From Epithemia pelagica (lineage: Eukaryota; Protista; Bacillariophyta), in assembly GCA_946965045.2 (NCBI GenBank), contig OX337240.1, positions 2,294,001 to 2,358,000 on the forward strand: a stretch of DNA of 64,000 bases, in the 5' to 3' direction. Positions 56,750-64,000 of this stretch are shown in pieces. The notes below the pieces were generated by a model, which worked only from the letters and a program-made list of their open reading frames with translations, was not told where the DNA came from and made no database searches. The position numbers were made by a program, and so were the translations under genes. Position 1 is the stretch's first letter; each line of letters starts with the position of its first letter.

Positions 56750-57409
56750 ATGTCCAGCCCCACACGAGAACAAGAAATCAACGAACTGGTAAACGAATTG
56801 AGTGTGTTATCGGTGTGACAACGTGAGATTGTACAGCGGATCAAGGACCTACGAGAACCCAACACCCCTCCTCCTGTGGCCTTCACAGTCGCCCAGGCCG
56901 AGGCAGGATACGAAAGAGGAGACAGTGACAACGAGACAAGTCCAAGGAACGCAACCGATTCAAGAACCGAGCAAGACTCCCACGCAGCAGCCAGTGTTGC
57001 CAGCTCTACTGTCGAAGTCATTGGAGTACAAAGACACTCCAAAGCCAGAGCCCAACAGGCAGAACCGGAGCACACGCCGGCTGAACGAGCGGCACTCCGC
57101 ATCGGATGCATTTTGTGGACGTCCGGTGCGACAGGACAAAGATACATCATCCATCCACAACGACGAGCTTTCTGAGTGGGTGACATCGTGCGCATCCGCA
57201 ACCCATCGACACCGTATATTGGCCAAGCTCCCACCATTCGTGACGGAACTGGTGTAGTTGCCCGAGTCACAGGCAAGCAAGTCGTCGTCCATACCGACAG
57301 TGGACAGGAGGTCCGACGGGCCAAGACAAACATCCGTTACCTTTCTACGGAGCATGATGAGCAGTTCTCACGCGCCCAACCAGTCAAGCCCCTGACAAGA
57401 AGTGGGTGA
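56750..57409 (+). pseudogene. Small coiled-coil + KOW/SH3-like barrel protein with two in-frame TGA
   Basis: MSSPTREQEINELVNELSVLSV*QREIV...RRAF*VGDIVRIRNP...GVVARVTGKQVVVHTDSGQEVRRAKTNI. Stops at 56816 and 57173; the ATG lies within the TSD. Confidence 0.65.
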
Positions 57410-57994
57410 TCCAGAACGGAACGAGAAAAATGAACCATGCGAGCTGCCAACGACACATTCTAGAGTTCAAGAAAGATGAGAGTGTGTCTACAACAACGAT
57501 TTGGCGATGTCCAAGGTACTTGCAAAAGATTGGTGTTTTTGTGAGTCACATACATTCATTGAAAACCCGGTCAAGCTTTGTTCTGTTGAAAATGAGAAGC
57601 CGTGTGGTCGTCGGATGCTGATCGACAACGGAAAGTGCCGGTGATTTTGCGACTTTCTACGATGCCGTCTGAGTTGATGCCCAAGTCCTGGGCTTGGTGA
57701 TTGTTGTTGTGGAATTTGGAAACAACAGTGACTATCGACCCCAACGATGCAAAGCATCATCATTAAAGAAGTCGCGACGAAGGCATGCCTTGCGAGCCAT
57801 GATAGTCCCGAAAACAGAGCGGGCATGACAAGAAGAAAACTACTTAGTCATTTTTCGTTCTCTTAACTGTATAGGAAACGGTCGAATCGCCAGGGAATAC
57901 TGGAAGAGACTGGAGCCTTATTGATGGACTTGGAGGTCCGAGACACGTCACGATTTCGTCCGCCACTTGTTGGAAAGCAGGGGAAACGTACGGT

Positions 57995-58121
57995 ATTTAG
58001 GGGGCATTCGAAACTGAATAGGGGGCCAATTTCGGGGGAAGGCTTGTTCCAATCCCGCGGGAGCAAGAACGACAGCGATTCCTTATGAACCCTAGCGCTA
58101 TTTATAGTCGCGTTTAGGTCA
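57995..58121. repeat. Dispersed repeat, copy B
   Basis: ctgaatagggggccaatttcgggggaaggcttgttcca...cctagcgcta...cgcgtttaggtca; 37/38 identity with copy A in the core. Confidence 0.8.
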
Positions 58122-58403
58122 AGCATATATTCGTTAACATTCAAACCTTTGAGACAAACACAAAACGTCGATAAGGAGTATGCAAAACTCGAAAATTTGG
58201 AACGGACGCGCCCATAACCAAAGCGAACGACCAAAGTGTCGTCCTCCTTTATAGTGTGGAGAGAATAGAATAGAAGAGAAGGGAAGGGAAGAGAGAAAGA
58301 GAGAATTAGAGAGACGACGATCTCCTCGAATAGAGCATCTCCGTGAGACAAATTGTGTCAGTGAAGCAACACCAAGAAGAAGAACCATCATCATCCTTGG
58401 ACC

Positions 58404-61180
58404 ATGGTGGCTGTCACCACCGCATGTCAAGGTGCAACCGACGTCCCAACAACAAGAACAGCCAAACCAACGTCGTTGTCCTCACTGGCCACCATGAATC
58501 ATCATGTCTTTCAAACCCGATTTGCTCTCATCATGACGACTGTCACCTTGGCTGGTTTGGCAGTCTTGTCCGTTTGGTACAACGACAACGACCATCCCGA
58601 GTCGTTCCACACCATGAATCATTCTCCACGATGGTTGCAAGACAATAATAATGACAATGACGACGACGATGACAACGACGACAACAACAATGCCAATGGG
58701 GATTATTCCAATTATTCGTGCAACAATTTGTATTCGATTGTTCCGAATGCGGGAGAGGCGCAATGTCACTTTGCGCGCACGTGCAATCAAGGTGTGGGAG
58801 TTTGGGCCCCCCTCGTGTTTTGTATGCACGACCATGCCGTTCTCAGCTTTCATTCCCTCTTGGGCATTTTGACTCCCATTGTATTGTTATGGCTCGTCTT
58901 GTTGTTTCGATTGTTGGGAAGTACGGCGGAAGAATACTTTTCTCCCGCCTTGGAAATGTTTTCCATCAAATTGGGCTTACCGCCGCGATTTGCCGGTGTG
59001 AGTTTGTTGGCCTTGGGCAATGGTGCCGCCGATGTGTCGGCGACCGTCAGTGCCATTACCAATGACCCGGAACATGGCTATTTACTCAGTTTGGGCGCCT
59101 TGACCGGTGCCGCCATGGTCATTTCCAGTGTCGTGTCGGCCCTCGTGGTCTTGGTGGCCGGCGGTGTCCCCTGTCGTGGTGCCTTGGTCCGCGATGTCGC
59201 CGCCTTGGGCGTGGCTGTCTTGCTCGTGTGGTATCAATTGGGTGGACGGCTGTCGACCGGGATTGTCCACAGTGATGCCGGAACGGTTGGTCCCGAAACG
59301 GTGACGCTTTTTTTGAGCAGTTACATTTTGTTTGTCGTTTTGGTCTTGTGTGCCGATGTCTATCATCGAGCGGTCGTGGTCCCCCGCCGTCGGGAACGAG
59401 CCCATGCTGCCGAACGACAACGACAAGTTCAAGAAGCCCAACAGGTTGTGCAACAACAACAGCAACAACAACAAGCAGGAGCAGCTGCAGCCGATCAACA
59501 ACCAGGAGAGCAAGCAGCAGATCCACAACCACCTCAAACGGATGCACCACCAGCTTCGCGTCGTCCGCATCGATCCTTGTCGGCCGTGGTGACGGCCTTT
59601 TCCAATTACGACAATCCCGATCCAAACAACAATACTACTACTACTACAGCCTTGTTGAGCAATCCCCACGCTTGGAGAGGAGTGGACAGTGACGAAATGG
59701 CACACGAACGACCCGTCATGTTGCATGGCAGTCAGGGATTGCTCACCACCCTCCAACAACCATCCTCCGCACAACAACAACAATCCTCGGAACAAGCACA
59801 GCCACAAGCACAAGACACTCCCTATACCATGATGGAAGATGCCATGGATCAAACCGATGTCACATTGCCGGGTCCAACGGACGGTGTGTTGCTACAAGTG
59901 GGTGGAGGATTGCAACCGACATCGCCCTCCCATTGGATGGACGGAACAGCGACGACACGCGTGTCGTGGCGAGAATCGTTCGAATTGGCCCTGATTGAAT
60001 TAAAACACACGGCCGATCAACAATGGGAAGATATTGCCTACAATGGCGATTTGGATATCGTGACCAAATGGCTCATGATGTTGGAAACCCCCTTTGTCGT
60101 GATGCGCAAAATAACAGTGCCCATTCCGTGTGAAGGCTTTTACAATCGATCCTTGATTGCTCTCAGTGTGGCATTGTCCCCGCCATGGATTGGCTGGTAT
60201 TGTCATTCCAATTTGCATGTCTGGGTCTGGAATCGATCCTGGTTTTATGGATATTGGATGACCACCGTCGTGGTAGCCCTGGCCGTCTTGAGACATGGAC
60301 CGCCCAGTCCCTCCACGACACTGGTGCCGCAACAAGCCAGTAGCAATGGAGACGGCAGTCTCCTGGTGTCACCACCACCGCCGTCGGAAATGAATTTGTG
60401 GGTGGCTACACCCTTGGCCTTGTATGGGTTTGGTGTGGCCGCGACATGGATTGATACCATTGCCAATGCCTTGGTATCGCTGTTGGATTTTATTGGCATT
60501 GTCTTGAGGATTCCCGGTCCCATTGTGGGTTTGACCATTTTGGCCTGGGGCAATTCCATGAGTGATTTGAGTGCCAACATGACCATGGCCCGCAAGGGAT
60601 TGGCCAACATGGCCATGACGGCCTGTTTTGCCGGACCCTTTTTTAACTTTTTGGTCGGCTTGGGTGCCGGCTTTTCGACCCTGGCCGCCAAGACGGGACA
60701 AGTGGAACGACAAGTCCAATTGGAACCCGCCATTACGACCGGATTTTGGTTCCTGGCCTTGAATTCCCTCGTCTTGCTCGTGACGGGATTGTGTTGGAAC
60801 CATCACCCACCATCACAGCACAACAACTCGTCGACTACTACTACTACCGATGCTCCTGCTACTCCCGGAGAACCTGTGACACCAACCACCACCACCACAA
60901 GTCCACCACCACCGGAAGGAGGAGGAGGAGGTGGACGGATTCCCAAAAAATATGGATACATTGCGGTACGTGGCAAGAAACAAACGAAACACGCGAGAAG
61001 GTCGGCAACGAAACGTATCATTGATTCGTGTCTCACGTGTGTATGTATGTGTGTTGCAATTCTATACTTGTCGGAATGATTTTTCCTTTTTTTATACAGT
61101 TGACGTTGTATTCCATCTATGTCATTACCTCCATCACGGTCCAATATTCGTCATCGTCGGGTCAAGAACCAGACGAATAA
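58404..61180 (+). CDS. Cation/Ca2+ exchanger (CCX/NCLX-like); 2 exons (intron 60966-61099)
   Basis: Alpha-1 repeat GVSLLALGNGAADV and alpha-2 repeat GLTILAWGNSMSDL. The last TM helix is completed by exon 61100-61180. Confidence 0.9.
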
Positions 61181-62122
61181 AGAAACAATGAAAGACTCTC
61201 ATACGAACTATATTACCTAATAATATAACATAGAGACGACACATGGCGTCATGTGGATCACACAGAAAGAAGGGTTGGATCTCCTTGGACGCTCTCTTCG
61301 ACGACGAATCTATACGTATGTATTTCAAGTCTTTCTTTCTCTACTACTACTTTATAGATTGGTAGTTGGCAACACCACAGACAGAGTGAGGAGCCTTTCA
61401 AGTATCACCACCCTCGAAGGAGCGTTCTCCAGTTCTTGTTCTTGCGGTTTGGGACTCTCGTTTTGTTGGACCCAATTCGGACGGCTACAGTATCGAAGGC
61501 ACCCTGGAACCTCTCCAGATTGTTAGCGAGTGGACTCGTTGCGTTGGACGTTGGACCCAATCTTTGACGGGAATAGAGCTGGTCCCTGTCTGAAACTTCA
61601 CGTCAATTCTGTGTCCGGCGTCCTTTCGCGTCGGGCGCGCCTTGCTTTTGTAGGGGAGGGCGCCAGCCCGACGAGCATGGCGTTCTGCGTTTTGAGTTTT
61701 GAGGTGATTGAAGACACTAGGTGTCTCCACTTTCCACTTTCGACTTCCTCCCTCCAACAGCAACATACCTACGAGAGTCAAATACTCGACCGACTGCCCT
61801 CTGGCGCCATTTCGACGCGGGGGAGCAGCCCTCTGCATATGTCACCAATAATGGATGGACACTGATTTGATGGTGATGGAACATTAGATGTGAGAAGAGA
61901 GAGAAAAATTGTGTGAACAATACTAGTGTTCGAGCTGTGGAATTCTGCTTTCCAGAACTACAACGATTCAAGATAGCCTTGCACACAGCAATGTCACAAA
62001 TAATCGGATTATTGTTGAATTGGTGTGTTATACAAAGAGATAGAATTGAACCTTTAGCAGTGGCAAGAATATGCTCCATGCATACACACACTGTGACATG
62101 TATGTGTTTCCATGTCACTCTC

Positions 62123-62975
62123 TCAATCCCATCGTTCCCATCCCGTCATTCACTGTGCTGGCAATACGAGATTTCCATTGGCTGGTACTTTACCCGTTCC
62201 GGCCCATGTTTGCAACCACAATCCAATCGTCGCCAAGGCCTCACTGGATCGCAACAGGACATGGGATTTGGATTGGGGATTGTGTGCCAAATGGACCAAC
62301 GTGGCAACGGCATTCTTCGTATTCGTAATGGCCACAACCGCGCCAGGTTCCGTCGTTAAATTGTGCAGGGTCGACACAGCGGTTTCCTTTTCCTCGTCTT
62401 GGACAGGCATCGCACAGGCTGTGATGAACACCAAGACCCGTTCGGTGGCGAGTTTTAACTTGCTCTTGGGATCAGTGGAAAGATTTCGCAAGCATCGTAG
62501 CGCCGCGAAACCATCTTGTAGAATCTGTGAAGCCTCGCCGAGCTCCATGAGACTGGGAACCAATCCCTGGAAGTCGGCCAAAATGGTATTGTTGGCAGGA
62601 AATCGAGAAAGTTCAACAGAATCTCCAGACATTTGGTATGAATTGGATTCGTCCTTTCATTCGCGACCACAACACATTATGCAACGCAAAGTTGTTTGCA
62701 CAGAGACGGTCCTGCTTTGTCAATTAAAAACGAAACAAGAACACACCTGAGATGCGCTGGTTTATACGAGGCAACAAGCAACATCGATCCCATCTGACTT
62801 ACCGCGGTGGGGCAATGCTTGGAGAGATGCAAAAAGACAGCACATGAATTGGAACGAGCTCGTTCATAGAACTCGTGGCTCTTCTCCTTGTTGATTTTCC
62901 GTCACGATGGATCTGCTTTGCCACGGGACTTTGACTTGGTCGACTTGACGGATTTACTCATGTCATCCTCGTCGT
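62123..62975 (-). pseudogene. Decayed armadillo-repeat gene fragment with a retained intron
   Basis: ARM-like helices ALRCLRNLS and AVSTLHNLT; GT-AG intron 62802-62712; TGA at 62902 and 62150; frameshift near 62610. Confidence 0.55.
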
Positions 62976-63059
62976 CATAGTAGGAGTTCTAGCGATCCCA
63001 TGAACGAAGAGGGTGCAAAAGGACCAAGAGGGAGCAAAGGACGAAGAAATGGAGGGCGT

Positions 63060-63420
63060 TCTAATGCTTCTATTGCCGACTGACCGTCACGGACGCGAAT
63101 ATAAATATTCTTGACAGAAACGGTGAACCATCCAACCCGTGCCAAGTTCTTGGCATACACAAGGGGCCATGTATCGAGTGAGGTGAAGAGACCGCCAATC
63201 GTCATGCTTTCGCCGATACGCCCCGTTTGCTCGTTTCCAATTCGCGTCGATAATACAAGGAAAACAGATGTTGTTCAATCAAACCCTTGTCTAACAATTG
63301 TTTGGGAAGTGTGACTTGATGATCCGACATACCCACATCTAAAGCCACATCTATTGTTCGTTTTTTGATATGACGTCGAGGCATGATCGGAGGAACATAA
63401 ACATTTTGCGATTGAAACAA
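63060..63420 (-). pseudogene. Fragment of a pepsin-like (A1) aspartic protease
   Basis: GMSDHQVTLPKQLLDKGLIEQHLFSLYYRRE...[shift]MTIGG...LVYAKN...GWFTVSVKNIYIR resembles the inter-lobe region of A1 proteases; no DTG motif present. Confidence 0.5.
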
Positions 63421-63509
63421 TTTTGAACCTTCCACTTCGTCTTGACTTCGGTTTCTGTCGAACTGCAAGTGTTGATGTCCTGAAATGTTGAGATAAAAGG
63501 TGGGACAAA

Positions 63510-63971
63510 TCAAAGGTTCTCGACGCCCAGAACACTTTTGATCGCCGTATGCCAGTCGTCATTCTTGGGAGAGGCAATGAAGATTCGTGTGTTCATCCAC
63601 ATTGTGGCAACATTCGCGGCCGGCATTAGGACATTGTTCTTGCTGTCCACAATCGGACTGCTGGTGTCTTCGCCCTTTGCCAGATACTTGTCTCGGTGAC
63701 GGCGTTCGTACGTGCTTTTGCACGCAGGATTCACAAACAGAATATTGAGTGTAGCTTCAAGCGGCAGATTTAATTTTTCCCGAAAGGATCGCAAAGTCCG
63801 GAGCTTGAAGGCATGAGATTGCTGCCATGTGGTCTGAAAGGCCCAGTATTCTTCGTTAATTACTAACACACAGTCGGCAAGAGGAAAGCTCAAGTCGCGG
63901 GGATAATTGACCATTTTCTCATGAAAGTTGTCTCGACTGATCTCTCGCTTGGTGTGTCCTAGGGTCTTCAT
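63510..63971 (-). other. Unassigned ORF fragment near the window edge
   Basis: 153-aa frame, open upstream to the window end, with degraded continuation past its stop. Confidence 0.3.
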
Positions 63972-64000
63972 TTCCGTGTCGGGTTCGCCATTTACACCTT

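Noticed and set aside
54781-57175. Alternative genetic code or selenocysteine as the explanation for in-frame TGAs
   Set aside because: TGA terminates normal genes here (e.g. 3580, 18305, 22292), and the affected positions align with Arg-type rather than Cys/Trp sites
1-64000. rRNA, tRNA or telomeric repeats
   Set aside because: None recognised by eye; tRNAscan-SE/Infernal would be needed to exclude small RNAs

Overview
Eukaryotic nuclear DNA, most likely a pennate diatom. This is inferred from short GT-AG introns, dense genes with poly-Q/T/S tracts, a diatom-type Ty1/copia element and Pro/Thr-rich wall or adhesion-type proteins. Intact genes include an MlaF-MlaE-like ABC fusion, a Qc-SNARE, GPR89, a 3-exon SGNH-like protein, a 4-exon PEPCK, NudC-like, HEATR3-like, SH3, TFIIF-alpha, TCF25 and a cation/Ca2+ exchanger. 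Two apparently intact retroelements are present. One is a ~7.2 kb CRE-like RLE non-LTR element with an unusual ~1,100-aa ORF1 overlapping ORF2 (5.1-12.4 kb). The other is a 7,098-bp copia with identical 169-bp LTRs and a 5-bp TSD, whose gag and pol are in frame and separated by one UGA followed by a stem-loop (49.65-56.75 kb). An Arf GTPase is fused to a YqcI/YcgG-like domain, with a frameshift in that domain. Decayed, mosaic tracts occur at 43.4-49.3, 56.75-58.2 and 61.3-64 kb. All family calls come from motifs read by eye; no database search was run.
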